Part shown: positions 25,696 to 36,900 of the stretch, in pieces
Layout: every line of letters begins with the position of its first letter
How positions within the stretch are numbered: position 1 is the stretch's first letter
Origin: Octopus vulgaris
Lineage: Eukaryota
Length of the DNA stretch: 64,000 nucleotides
Direction: 5' to 3'
NCBI GenBank assembly: GCA_951406725.2
Contig: OX597837.1
Location: 16,244,001-16,308,000, forward strand
The notes under the pieces: model-generated
Seen by the model: the letters and a program-made list of their open reading frames with translations, nothing else
Database searches by the model: none
Told to the model about the DNA's origin: nothing
Made by a program: the position numbers and the translations under genes

Positions 25696-27631
25696 TATAT
25701 ATATATATGCATATATATATACATATACATATATATATATATATTTATATACATCTATATATATATATATATATATATATACTCTTTTACTTGTTTCAGT
25801 CATTTGACTGCGGCCATGCTGGAGCACCGCCTTTAATCGAGCAACTCGACCCCGGGACTTATTCTATCGAAATCTTTTGCCGAACCGCTAAGTAACGGGG
25901 ACATAAATACACCAGCATCGGTTGTCAAGCAATGCTAGGGGGACAAACACAGACACACAAACACACACACATACATATATGTATATACATATATACGACG
26001 GGCTTCTTTCAGTTTCCGTCTACCAAATCCACTCACAAGGCTTTGGTCGGCCCGAGGCTATAGTAGAAGACACTTGCCCAAGGTGCCACGCAGTGGGACT
26101 GAACCCGGAACCATGTGGTTAGTAAGCAATCATCATTTCATTGTTCGACCGTGGTTGAGACAATGGAATTTACCATGCTACGCCAGACTTTACGGTCCAT
26201 CATAGCATTACGGAAGTCCTGTTGCTGGATGCCTGTATCCCTGGAGATTACATCAGGGTAGGAGAGTGTGCGCCCTCTGGTATTGCGAGTAGATGACTTC
26301 CAGAGGAGAAGAATAGAAATTACCTCTTTTTCAGCTCTACAACAATGTCCAGCAAACTGGACTCTCCTACCTTTCACAAGAGATGACACAGGTGGTAGTT
26401 TCCCATATATTTGCATTTTGGTTGGATGGCGCTTCCACGAGAGATTTTGAGCTCTCATAAGGAGGCGAGTGTAGGTTCCATCCAACCGCCTCTCAAGCTT
26501 CTTTGATAACGTCCAGGTTTCTGAGCCATATAGTAGAATTGGTTCGACTGTGGCTTTGAATATTTCAAGTTTGAAGTCTCTACTTAGATTTGATGACCAG
26601 ATCTTATGCATGTCATTACAGGCTGACCAGGCCATACCCTTTCTAGTTAGAAAGTCTTTTCCAGATGATGATATGTATGACCCAAGATATTTATAATCAG
26701 AAACCATATTTAAAGGCGCACTGTTGAGAGTATGGATGATGCAATCACTGTTGGACAGGCACTTGTTTATGTATTCAGTTTTGGCCTCATTGAGGTAAAG
26801 ACCTACACAATTTGAGGCTTGTTCAAGAGATTGTAAAAGAGACTGGGCATTGGAGAGAGAATCACTGATAAGAGCGATGTCGTCAGCAAAGTCAGTGTCT
26901 GTCAAGTACTCAGCTGGGTGTCTGGAACTTCTTGGTTTTATTTTAAAGCCCTTGCCAGAGATGGTATCAACTGACATACGTAGCACATAATCAACAACAA
27001 TGATGAAAAGAAATGGGGCGAGTGTGTCTCCCTGCAGTATTCCGGCTTTGATTGAGAAAGATGATGTTTCTCCATCAGGGGTTAAGATGGTTGAAGACAT
27101 ATCTGTGTAGAGGACCTTGATGGCAGAAATAATTTTGTCTGGTATCCCAAGCTACTTACCACACAGCCACTCCTGCGCCTGTATATATATATATTTATAT
27201 ACATCTATATATTTTTGAAAAATAAAAAATAACCAGTTACTCTTTTACTTGTTTCAGTCATTTGACTGCGGCCATGCTGGAGCACCGCCTTTAGTCGAGC
27301 AAATCGACCCCGGGACTTATTCTTTGTAAGCCCAGTACTTATTCTATCGGTCTCTTTTGCCGAACCGCTAAGTGACGGGGACGTAAACACACACCAGCAT
27401 CGGTTGTCAAGCAATGCTAGGGAGACAAACACAGACACACATACATATATATATATATACATATATACGACGGGCTTCTTTCAGTTTCCGTCTACCAAAT
27501 CCACTCACAAGGCATTGGTCGGCCCGGGGCTATAGCAGAAGACACTTGCCCAAGATGCCACGCAGTGGGATTGAACCCAGAACCATGTGGTTGGTTAGCA
27601 AGCTACTTACCACACAGCCACTGCTGTGCCC

Positions 27632-27706
<75 letters not shown>

Positions 27707-29441
27707 TTATATACATACATAGTTTGTAGGCATGATGGGGTGAGTGAGGGATGGTTAGAGATGAGGGTTGAGTGAGGGAGTGAATATAATGAATGAAGAA
27801 GAAGGGTTGAGGGATGGTTGGAGAGAAATGTATGTTAGAAGGAAAGTAGGGAAAGGTAGGTGATAACTGTAGAGGCTGGGTAGGAGTGAGAGCTGGAGGT
27901 AGTGACTGGTAGACAAGTGAGAGGAGTGAGTGATGAGGCATATGAGTTGGGAGGCAGGGGAGAGCGAGTGATGACTGTCGGTACAGAAAGGAGAGCGAAA
28001 AGTAGGGGAATGCTAATGATAATACAGTATATGGGGGGGGGGGGGTTGAGGGAAATGATATGAGGGTGAAATACTGGAGAAGACAAAGTGGGGGTATGAT
28101 CTGAGAAGTGGTAAGAGAAAACTTAACCACCTGCTGTTCCTCAATGGCTTGAAGATGTTCACCAAAAATAAGGCAGAACTGACAGTCTAGTCCAGTCTGC
28201 GTGGATTTTCTTCTTGTGTGAGGTTTTCAAGAAAGTATTTGAACTCTCAAAATGTGCTGCAATGGTGATGAGACAAGGAAAGCTTGTTAGGCCCGAAGGC
28301 ATTTGTATGCCAAGTGATGAAATGATGAAAGCAATTGAACCTCAAACCAGTTAAAAATACCTGGGAATACTTGAAGAAGATGGAATTAAGCACAACGATA
28401 CAAAAGAAAAGACAAAGAAAGAGTACCTGTGGTGAGTGAGAAAAATATTGGCTTCAAAGCTCAATGCCAGAAACATAATTTTTGCAATAAACTCACACAG
28501 TCATAGTAGTTCAGTATGATGCTGGAATTCTAGAGTGAGAGAAGATGAGCTAAAGGGGTTGGACGAGAAGACAACAAAGCTCCTAACGATGCACGGAGCC
28601 CATCATCCACGTGCAGACACTGATTGCCTAAACATGAAAAAGAGCAAATGGAGGAAGGAGACTGACAAGTGTGGAAGGTTGCATACATATCAAACTTGGG
28701 AGCTTATTGAGATTCCAGTCCCAAAGTAAGGAAACCCAAAGTATGGTTGGTGCCATGAACTAAACATGCTTCAGATACACTCGTTTATTCTTACAAACCT
28801 GACTGTGGGATTTCCCAATCCAAACAGATCAGGTGCTTGAGTATAACAAACCAGACCTATTGGTCATAGAGAAAGTGAAGCATGTGCTATATAATTGATG
28901 TTGTGTGCCCCTTTGACGCACGAATAGTCAAGAAAGAAGGTAAAAAAAAATAGACATATACAATCGTCTTAAGTACAAAATAGCCCAGCTATGGAAAATG
29001 AAGGAAGTGAAGATAGTGCCAATGATCATTGGATCCTTGGGGACAGTATCTGAAAGCATCAAGAGGAATATAAAGAAAACCAGAACAGAATTCCCAACAG
29101 AACTATTACAAAAGTTTTGGCTCCTTGGCACAGCCAGAATAATCAGGAAAGTATCAGATAGAAAATTGCTATTTTTAAATCTCACAACGAGAGATATTCA
29201 GCAACAGTACTTTGTAGTAAAGTTTGTTTGCCAACATAACATGGTAGTGCAGGTTTAGGACAAATGTTGCTGTAATTTAGCTCCAGGAAACATCGTCTGC
29301 AGCTGGCTATACAACACAATCTGTGTGCTTATATTTTCGAACAAGGGAATCTAGCACACCCCTCTCAGCTCAAAACAGCAATACACTATCACGGTGCATG
29401 CCCCCGTACTACTACTACATGTTTCATATATGATATACATT

Positions 29442-29491
<50 letters not shown>

Positions 29492-29719
29492 AAAGCGGAC
29501 GTTAAACGATGATGATGATGATGATGATATATATGTATATATACATGCATATATGGGTACAGGACATCAAAAAAACGTTGAACACAATGAAAGACGAAAA
29601 CATAGAAACAAAATTTTTTTCAAACAACAAAAAAAAGCAGAGTACAAGACATACAACACAAGGAATATTCCCCTTCTTCAGTTGTCCCTGTTTCATCTAC
29701 TCCATGTCTCGAAGGTGTG

Positions 29720-29788
<69 letters not shown>

Positions 29789-30005
29789 TGTATGTACATG
29801 TGTTATGCATATATATTCCTTTATTCTTTTATTTGTTTCAGTCGTTGCAGCCATGCTAGAGCATCACCATTAGTTGAACAAATCAACCCCAGGACTTCTT
29901 TGTGTTTTGCCGAACTGCTAAGTTATGGCAACATAAATACACCAACATTGGTTGTCAAGCAATGATGGTGGGACAAACATAGATACACAAACATATGCAC
30001 ACATG

Positions 30006-30045
<40 letters not shown>

Positions 30046-30261
30046 CATATACCTATACATACATACATATATATATATACATACATACATACATACATAC
30101 ATACATACATACATACATACATACATACATACATACATACATACATACATACATACATACATACATACATACATACATACATACATACATACATACATAC
30201 ATACATACATACATACATACATACATACATACATACATACATACATACATACATACATACA

Positions 30262-30332
<71 letters not shown>

Positions 30333-30921
30333 TAGAGTAATTTGGGACTTATGAAAGGAAAGCTTTATATTATTAAGAACATATGAAATAAGGGCTAGCT
30401 GTAAGTCTGAAAAACATGCATGGTCATATAGAGGAAACTTATGAAAATGCTTTTGATAGGCAAAGGGTTAAGAACCACTAATTTAGAAGGAAGTGAGGCA
30501 GGCAGAGGGATGTAATTAGCTCAGTGGGAGGAACAAAAAAAACACAATAGTTGTAGCACTAACAAGGTTTGAAACCCAAACCCTTGATCTTATGTTTTAA
30601 TAGTCTGCCAATTGCTAGAATCACTTCACCAACCAAGGGAAGATGGTAAGAATCCCCTTTTATACAACTTACCTGGTTTGAGAACAATCACTTTACGTCC
30701 TTCACGATCTCTGTGCTCCAGAGCTGTGAGCAGGCCTGACCTCAGCACATGCTGTATTGTCGAGGGTTTCAGGTCAACAAACAAGTCTTTGTTCTCAGCC
30801 TTCATTCGGTAAAAATTCAAAAGTAGGCTAAATGCTCGATCATAGTCAAATTTCCTGGCACGGAGAAATCTGAGTAGAAATGCGTCATCTGTTCGGGCAA
30901 AGAGATCTGTCAATGATATTA

Positions 30922-30978
<57 letters not shown>

Positions 30979-32121
30979 TTAATAATAATAATAACTGAAC
31001 TTGATATAGTTAGTTCTTAGAGTTTGTTCCTGGGTGCTGCATATCATTGCCTCAGTGTATCCTTTCAGATCACTTTTTCTTAGCCATCTCCAAGGACTTA
31101 AGAATGAATGAATAAGAAAATAGGTGGATAAAGAAAAGAATGCATGGAGAATTTCATAGGGATGTTGAAGATGAGACAGACAGAGAAAAAAGATGGCTGT
31201 GGATGACTAAAAGTGATTTAAAACTGGAAATGGAGGCTCTACTTTGTGCTGCCCAAGAGCAAGCATTAAGAACCAATTACATCAAATACAGAATAGACAA
31301 CACATTGGAAAGTGCAAAATTTGTGGACAAAATGGTGAAACCCTATGGCATATTACCAGTCAATGTACACCAGGAGCCCAGAAGGAATATAAGAGATGTC
31401 ATTATAATATAGCAAGGATTGTCCATTGGACACTTTGCAACAAGTATGGACTTGACAGAACAAAAAAAAGTAGTATGAACATAAACCCGAAAGCATCATC
31501 GAAAATGATAATGCAAAGATCCTATGGGTATTTTATGATTCAGTGCGACCATGAGATAGAGAATAGGAAGCCAGACATAGTGTTAATTGGGAAAGAAAGC
31601 AAACGATGCTGGATCACAGATATAGCATACCCAGTTGGCAACAAGGTATGTAGGAAGAAAGAAAAGTCGAGAGATATGACAGGTTAGCTTGTGGGGTTAA
31701 GCAGTTGTGGTCGATGAAAAAGGTGGTAGTAGAACCAATAATTGTCAGAGCCCTGGGAACAGTGAGTAAAAATCTTGAGAAGTACACGGAACAAGTAGGG
31801 GCTGCAATAAGGGTGGGGACTTGCAGAAAACAGCACTGCTTGTAAATTATATCATCATGACTTTTGTCATGACGATATAATTTACATTAAGTAACAAAAA
31901 ACCACTTTGTGTATGTTTAGTAAAATGGTGTCACTAAATCTAAACAAGTTCTCGTGCTTTTATTGTGCAGGATGTGTGGTGAGAAGTTTGCTCCTTAAAT
32001 GCACAGATTCAGGTTCAGTCTCATTGCATGGCACCAGGCACAAGTGTCTTCTGCTATAAGCTCGAGCCAGCCAAAGCCTTGTGAGTTGATTTTGTAGACG
32101 GAAACTGAAAGCAGCCTCTTG

Positions 32122-32169
<48 letters not shown>

Positions 32170-32485
32170 TGTTTGTGTGTGTTTATGGGAGTGTGTGTGT
32201 GTGTGTTTGTACCCCACCAACACTTGTCAGTCAGTGTTGGTTTGTCTATGTCCCCATAACTTACCAGTTTAACAAAAGAGACCAATAGAATAAAAGAGAG
32301 AGAGAGACAGACAGACAGACAGATGGAATCAGAAATATCAAACCTTGCTGTTTGTTCACCATATCTCTGAGAGCTTGAATATCTCTTTCCCGCCATTGAG
32401 GCTTCTCGTTTAACTCCTTCTCAGCCTTCTTTATGAGTTCAGGAGTCAGGGTGCACAAATATTCTTTTTCTGGAGAAGATTCCAT
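10183..32485 (-). CDS. CRAL-TRIO/Sec14 lipid-transfer protein, alpha-tocopherol transfer protein-like / clavesin-like; 7 coding exons join(32485-32344,30906-30673,25323-25247,22953-22837,17889-17779,14746-14645,10338-10183), 312 aa
   Basis: Exon lengths 142+234+77+117+111+102+156 = 939 nt, open throughout, with GT-AG introns in phases 1,1,0,0,0,0. Family motifs: [76 protein letters not shown] and C-terminal GTYRKLEVD. Exact orthology (TTPAL vs clavesin vs CRALBP-like) cannot be resolved by eye. Confidence 0.93.
10408..10787. repeat. 21-bp minisatellite (CAGAGAGACAAA[C/G]AAAAGGGT) x18 in the last intron of the CRAL-TRIO gene
   Basis: GTCAG recurs every 21 nt from 10425 to 10782. Confidence 0.97.
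10900..11420 (-). mobile_element. Two diverged family-B (Meta-domain-like) SINE copies separated by (TAA)n
   Basis: GAAAGGATGAAAGGCAAAG...GAxTTTGAACTCAGAAC blocks shared with the near-consensus copies at 33947 and 51013. Confidence 0.7.
11975..14095 (-). mobile_element. HERO-like (RLE-type) non-LTR retrotransposon, 5'-truncated and degenerate
   Basis: Successive frameshifted peptides: [13 protein letters not shown] and ASLDDTT (RT), [49 protein letters not shown] (zinc-knuckle region), and [32 protein letters not shown] (RLE). Confidence 0.85.
14645..14746 (-). CDS. CRAL-TRIO gene, coding exon 6: [34 protein letters not shown]
   Basis: Acceptor TCTCTTTGCAG, donor GAG|GTATGA, 102 nt, phase 0/0, conserved LPxEYxG motif. 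Confidence 0.93.
15350..16330 (+). mobile_element. Degenerate Penelope-like element (GIY-YIG endonuclease region)
   Basis: Plus-strand decayed peptides [17 protein letters not shown] and [36 protein letters not shown] match PLE GIY-YIG C-termini. The 5' boundary is uncertain. Confidence 0.7.
17779..17889 (-). CDS. CRAL-TRIO gene, coding exon 5: [37 protein letters not shown]
   Basis: Acceptor TTATTTGCAG, donor AGG|GTAAGA, 111 nt, phase 0/0. Confidence 0.95.
17995..18812. mobile_element. Element bounded by ~145-bp diverged direct repeats (17995-18138 and 18668-18812); Penelope-type pseudo-LTR organisation suspected
   Basis: Both ends read TAAATGGAACAAAAAxGCAATAGAGTGCATT...TTCTTGGCTTTCT...TCAAGTCCCA. 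The element sits within TA/CA microsatellites. Confidence 0.55.
18857..19952 (-). mobile_element. Non-autonomous Helitron-like element
   Basis: The minus strand starts TCTATAATATAAA (19952) and ends with an imperfect hairpin CCGGGGAAAACCAGG followed by CTAG|T (18860-18857). It is inserted in a TA run and has internal microsatellites and a duplicated block. Confidence 0.6.
21185..21400 (-). mobile_element. RTE-clade LINE 3' fragment
   Basis: [48 protein letters not shown] matches the RTE C-terminal RLxWxGHV...RGRPxxTW pattern. Confidence 0.75.
21904..22533. mobile_element. hAT/Charlie-like MITE (interrupted by a Helitron)
   Basis: TIRs CAGTGTTTCTCAAC (21904) and GTTGAGAAACATTG (22520-22533). 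Flanking 8-mers TTTCAGAG and TTTTAGAA are a plausible decayed TSD. Confidence 0.7.
22046..22440 (-). mobile_element. Short non-autonomous Helitron
   Basis: Minus-strand 3' end CCCGAGCAACGCCGGG hairpin + CGATACTG + CTAG|T. The 5' end (TA)nAAGCTGAAGTTGTCTG lies within a TA run. It is CpG-richer than its flanks, suggesting a young copy. Confidence 0.8.
22837..22953 (-). CDS. CRAL-TRIO gene, coding exon 4: [39 protein letters not shown]
   Basis: Acceptor TCTGTTTCAG, donor CAA|GTAATG, 117 nt, phase 0/0. Confidence 0.95.
23009..23440. repeat. Compound (GTA)n/(GTG)n trinucleotide microsatellite region
   Basis: Directly visible. It produces spurious poly-T/V/L ORFs. Confidence 0.9.
24298..24523. 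mobile_element. piggyBac-like MITE, decayed
   Basis: Left end TTAACCCTTTAGCATTT, right end degenerate ...TAAAAAGGTTTAA. Confidence 0.45.
25247..25323 (-). CDS. CRAL-TRIO gene, coding exon 3: (G)[25 protein letters not shown]
   Basis: Acceptor TCATCTGTTGCAG, donor GAA|GTAAGT, 77 nt, phase 1/0. It bridges exons 2 and 4 in frame and is absent from the ORF track. Confidence 0.92.
25781..27180 (-). mobile_element. Family-A CORE-like SINE split by a LINE insertion (SINE parts 25781-26129 and 27148-27180)
   Basis: The SINE sequence ...GTAAGCAA|GCTACTTACCACACAGCCACTCCTGCGCCT resumes exactly after the 1-kb insert. Confidence 0.9.
26130..27147 (-). mobile_element. 5'-truncated RTE-X/RTE-clade LINE with an uninterrupted reverse-transcriptase C-terminal ORF (27100-26138, open to the 5' junction)
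   Basis: [43 protein letters not shown] and [10 protein letters not shown] motifs with no stops. Short TGA-repeat tail. CAA is present at both junctions. Confidence 0.93.
27238..27632 (-). mobile_element. tRNA-headed CORE-like SINE (family A), near full length
   Basis: Minus strand: A-box TGGCTGTGTGG, B-box GGTTCAATCCC, CORE-like CTTGGGCAAGTGTCTT, and tail GACTGAAACAAGTAAAAGAG. Confidence 0.9.
28265..29165 (+). mobile_element. R4/Dong-like LINE fragment, degenerate and internally deleted
   Basis: [54 protein letters not shown] and [25 protein letters not shown]. Confidence 0.85.
30075..30290. repeat. Long perfect (ATAC)n microsatellite, about 50 units
   Basis: Directly visible. Confidence 0.97.
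30673..30906 (-). CDS. CRAL-TRIO gene, coding exon 2 (CRAL-TRIO_N): [25 protein letters not shown]...[15 protein letters not shown]
   Basis: Acceptor CATTGACAG, donor CAG|GTAAGT, 234 nt, phase 1/1. Confidence 0.96.
31112..31845 (+). mobile_element. R4/Dong-like LINE fragment (zinc knuckle + RLE), same family as 39945-41238
   Basis: [51 protein letters not shown] and [14 protein letters not shown]. Confidence 0.88.
31965..32295 (+). mobile_element. Family-A SINE, diverged partial copy ending about 50 nt from the exon-1 donor
   Basis: GGTTCAGTC B-box, CAAGTGTCTTCTGCTATA and GTAGACGGAAACTGAAAG. Confidence 0.75.
32344..32485 (-). CDS. CRAL-TRIO gene, first coding exon: [47 protein letters not shown]
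   Basis: ATG at 32485 with upstream in-frame stops. YxCTL..KAxxELNExPxWRxRDIxALRDM is a typical TTPAL-like N-terminus. Donor AAG|GTTTGA. A probable acceptor TTTCTACTCCCAG at 32639 implies an upstream non-coding exon. Confidence 0.92.
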
Positions 32486-32876
32486 AACCAAACTGCATTC
32501 ACCTCCAAATATAACAATGTTTTCTTTTGTTTTTCTTTTTTTTTTATCTTTTAAGGGTTCCCTCTTTGTTGTTTTTGTTTTTCTTTTCTTTTATTATTTC
32601 TTCATGTGTATTAAACTTGTTCCTTTCATCTATATGAACTGGGAGTAGAAATAAATAAATAAAAATGTAAATGAAAAATATAGATAACAAATAAGTAAAT
32701 AAGAAAATATATAAGGAGTTATAAACAACTATTTAAAAACCCTTTTGATACTGACTGCCATTAGATTGCCCCTAGTCTATGATACAAACTTTTTATTTTA
32801 AAGTTTTCATCTAAATATATCGTAGTTTTTGCTCCAAGCACCTGCTTAATAATATATGTATATATATATATATATA

Positions 32877-32926
<50 letters not shown>

Positions 32927-32944
32927 CATTATATATATATAAGC

Positions 32945-33011
<67 letters not shown>

Positions 33012-33023
33012 GTATGTATATAT

Positions 33024-33219
33024 AACGTCATTTACTGCATCACCTGCTCTTTCTGTCCTTCTCTGTACATCAGTTAAATGGGACACTACTTGGCTGACCA
33101 GTTCGCGGAACACTTCCGAGACATCAGACTTGGCAATGACACCCTAGTCTCGTGCCATTTCCACTCTACTGGTCATTCATTACAACACCTGTCTGTGTTT
33201 GGATTGTCTTTGCACAGGG

Positions 33220-33222
<3 letters not shown>
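33024..33222 (+). mobile_element. Penelope-like element GIY-YIG fragment
   Basis: NVIYCITCSFCPSLYIS*MGHYLADQFAEHFRDI..VSCHF..GHS, flanked by TA repeats. Confidence 0.8.
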
Positions 33223-33255
<33 letters not shown>

Positions 33256-33946
33256 TATATATATTATATCTATAATATATATGCAAATATGCCCCACTGA
33301 GTTTGTTTCATCATAACCTCCAAAAGAATGTGTAGTTTTTAATGAAATTTTTAACAAATAAGCTTCAGATGGTGTAGGTTCCAATTATAGCTGAATTGTT
33401 GTGAATAAAATATACTCAGTGGAGTGGAGAGAGGAGTTTCAGAAAATTCACATGAGTTAGCTTTGTTTCCTGATAACTTTCTGAAAAATAGCCATTTTTA
33501 AATGAAAACTGTGAGAAATACCTTTCAAAATGAGTAAATTACAATTATATCAGAATTTAATATGAGAATAGTAAAAACTGGTCAGATTTCACACATACAG
33601 ACATGCATTACATCTTGTTTTTGAAAAATTTATCACAAAACAAACTCTGATACATTCAGAATCAACACCATCTGAAACATACTTGTAGAGAATTTGATTG
33701 ACAAAGATCCAGTTTTCTGAAAGTTATGAGGAAACAAAGACAGCAGTGCACACATGTGTAGGTAAGGTGCAGCAAACTCAGGCTGGTTACTCTATATCGT
33801 TGGCCATACAATACCAGAAATCTATAGTAAACGTGTATTATTTTAAATATATGATGTATGTATGTATGTATGTATATATATGTATGTACACACACACATT
33901 TACATATAGTAATATACATGCATACATGTATGGTATGTATGTATTA

Positions 33947-34180
33947 AGGCGGCGAGCTGGCAGAAACATTAGCACGCCGGGCGAAATGCCTGGCGGTATT
34001 TCACCTGCCGTTACGTTCTAAGTTGAATTTCCGCCGAGGTCGACTTTGCCTTTCATCCTTTCGGGGTCGATTAAATAAGTACCAGCTATGCGTTGGGTTC
34101 GATTTAATTGACTTAATCTGTTTGTCTGTCCTTGTTTGTCCCTTCTGTGTTTAGCCCCTTGTGGGTAGTAAAGAAATAGG
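33947..34180 (+). mobile_element. tRNA-headed SINE family B (Meta-domain-like), near consensus
   Basis: Head GGCGGCGAGCTGGCAGAA, central GCCTTTCATCCTTTCGGGGTCGATTAAATAAGTACCAG, tail GTGGGTAGTAAAGAAATAGG. Confidence 0.85.
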
Positions 34181-35074
34181 GATGTATGTATGGTATGTAT
34201 GTTTGTATGAATGTATAGTATGTATGTATGTATGTATGCATGCATGCATGCATGCATGTATGTATGTATGTATGTATGTATGTATGTATGTATGTATGTA
34301 TGTATGTATGTATGTATGCATGCATGCATGCATGCATGTATGTATGTATGTATGTATGTATGTATGTATGCATGCATGCATGCATGCATGTATGTATGTA
34401 TGTATGTATGTATGTATGTATGAATGTATGTATGTATGTATGTATGGTATGTGTGTGTGTATGTATTAGACGTAGAAAGAGGCACAGTGCCCAGAACAGA
34501 AATTTTAGTTGGTGCTCCCACCCTAGGTAGAGTGACAGCATTGATGAATTGATGAACATCTGGAAATGATTGCCAGTGAAGTAAAGGAGAATCAATATTA
34601 TCAACCATTAAATCTGCCAGCATTTGTCACCTTACTTCAGCATGCTAGCAATCAATACCAGGGTGTTAGTATTAACAGAGTTAGTACTTCTGTATTGAAA
34701 TTTCATTACCGTCCAGTGTACCCAAGATTAGATTTTTTCAATTTGTCATGTTTTAAAATAAAAATTAGTAGGTTTTGAGTTGAGGATGATTTGGGTGCTA
34801 TTTCTAGCAGGTTGAGTGACTCCATATTAGCATGATTTTTGTCAAGAGTTTGGACAGTGCTCCTAATTCAAACAAGCCCTCCCAATCTCTTTTATGCTTT
34901 TATTGTTTTACTTCTTTCAGTCAATGGATTGTGGCCATGCAGGGACATTACCAAATGGGTTGTAGACCATCGAATTCAATGCTCAATATTTATCGTTTTT
35001 GGCTGACCCAGTGCCAAAATTTACATACATACATATCTCTCTCTCTCTCTCTATCTATCTATCTATATATATAC

Positions 35075-35135
<61 letters not shown>

Positions 35136-35186
35136 TATACATATACATATATATATATATACATACATGTATATACATATACATAC

Positions 35187-35258
<72 letters not shown>

Positions 35259-35279
35259 CCCATGCCAACCCCCTTACTT

Positions 35280-35670
35280 GCGAAGGCATGTTGGGGCAAG
35301 CGAAATCAAAATCGAAATCGAATTGAACCAGCCAGGATCCCTGGTCTGGTGGTACGTAAAAGCACTATCCGACTCGTGGCCGATGCCAGCACCGCCTCGT
35401 TTGGCTTCCGTGCCGGTGGCACATAAAATACACCAATCCGACCGTGGCCGTTGCCAGCCTCGCCTGGCACCTGTGCAGGTGGCACGTAAAAAGCACCCAC
35501 TACACTCACGGAGTGGTTGGCGTTAGGAAGGGCATCCAGCTGTAGAAACACTGCCAGATAAGACTGGAGCCTGGTGCAGCCTTCTGGCTTTCCAGATCCC
35601 CGGTCGAACCGTCCAACCCATGCTAGCATGGAGAATGGACGTTAAACGATGATGATGATGATGATGATAT
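35280..35670 (+). mobile_element. SINE-like family C with RTE-type (GAT)n tail; related copies at about 16335-16495, 19965-20280, 37790-38065, 47280-47590 and 57840-58040
   Basis: Shared GAGTGGTTGGCGTTAGGAAGGGCATCCAGCTGTAGAAAC...CATGCTAGCATGGA..GGACGTTAAACGATGATG, with internal GGTGGCACGTAAAAAGCAC sub-repeats. Confidence 0.8.
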
Positions 35671-35769
35671 ACATACATATATATATTTATTTTTATTTTA
35701 TTTTATCTAGTTTCAGCTCACGATCTGTGGCCATGCTGGGGCACTGCCATGTGGTGTTGCTACATGATT

Positions 35770-35965
35770 TTACTTCACGAGTGCTTATTAGCAATTGCCA
35801 TTTGGTGCATGAGAGAGTTCGATGCAGCTGCCCTCATCTGCACCTCCTGCCATGAAGTTGGTTCATCTGGGACACCGGACAGGAAGAGATCCAGTTTTAT
35901 TTTAAAGACATCTGCATCCATCCTATGCAGGTCTCTCAGGTTCTTTGGGAAGATATTGAAGAGCT
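35770..35965 (-). mobile_element. CR1/L2-group LINE 3' end
   Basis: [39 protein letters not shown]. Confidence 0.7.
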
Positions 35966-35995
35966 CTCTCTCACTCTCTCTCTCTCTATATATAT

Positions 35996-36051
<56 letters not shown>

Positions 36052-36147
36052 GCATACATACATATACATATATATCTACACACACACACATATATATATG
36101 GAGAGAGAGAGAGACAGAGATACACATAGACATATATATATATATGC

Positions 36148-36520
36148 ATGACCTTCAAACGTTGGGCCTCACAGAGGCAATGACGAAAGACCAAGACCTC
36201 TGGAGATATGCTGTGACTGCGAAGACCCGAGAAATAACGTGAGTTCATGGCTGTTTCCTGCACCAGCTTCACATAGCAGCCCCAGCCCATCCAAAGTGCC
36301 TTGGATCGCAGGACAGCCTGCAGTGCTTAATTTGGATCGTGGGGTGACCTGCTGTGCTTGAGGAGACCTATTGAGTCAGGTACATCAACATCAAAATAAA
36401 AATCAAATGGAAATTGTAGTTGTGATACCTGTGCCGGTGGCACGTAAAAAGTAACATCCAAACGTGGCCGATGCCAGTGCTAGCCTCCCCTGGCACATAA
36501 AAAGCACCCACTGCACTCAA
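36148..36520 (+). mobile_element. RTE LINE 3' end plus UTR
   Basis: [27 protein letters not shown], followed by sequence sharing the GGTGGCACGTAAAAAG sub-repeat with family C. Confidence 0.65.
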
Positions 36521-36539
36521 TATTTCTATGCCTGAGAAC

Positions 36540-36900
36540 AAATTTGTTAGGGTTGTTTCCCCTTGACTGTTGATTCTTCTGTCAGCATTTTCCCCTTATC
36601 TCAGGGTAGGCTACTACACTCTCATTGCCTGTGTCCCTTCTGTTGTCACTTATTTCTTCCCTATAATTCAGAATTGTTTATTTGCATTATGAGCCACTAT
36701 TATTTGTGCCAGGTTGCAGCTATTGGAAAAGGTGAGGTGTACATTATGTTTATTAAATATTTTGTGGTACCTGTTATTTTTAGGAAAGTGTTTTTCTATC
36801 GATCTATAGAACAGTTTAGGGATGTTGGAAATTATCTGTTCCACGAGTGGATCAGTATACCACAATGTGGTCCTAGAAGTTTTAATCATTTTGGTATTTA
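36540..36900 (-). mobile_element. Penelope-like element linker fragment
   Basis: RTTLWYTDP..NIPKLFYRSIEKHFPKNNRYHKIFNKHNVHLTFS..NLAQII matches the PLE HFPxxxxLHKIFN motif. Confidence 0.75.

Noticed and set aside
29923-30354. MYVC/IHTY repeat ORFs, and similar YI/CV-rich ORFs throughout the window
   Set aside because: Translations of (ATAC)n, (TA)n and (CA)n microsatellites.
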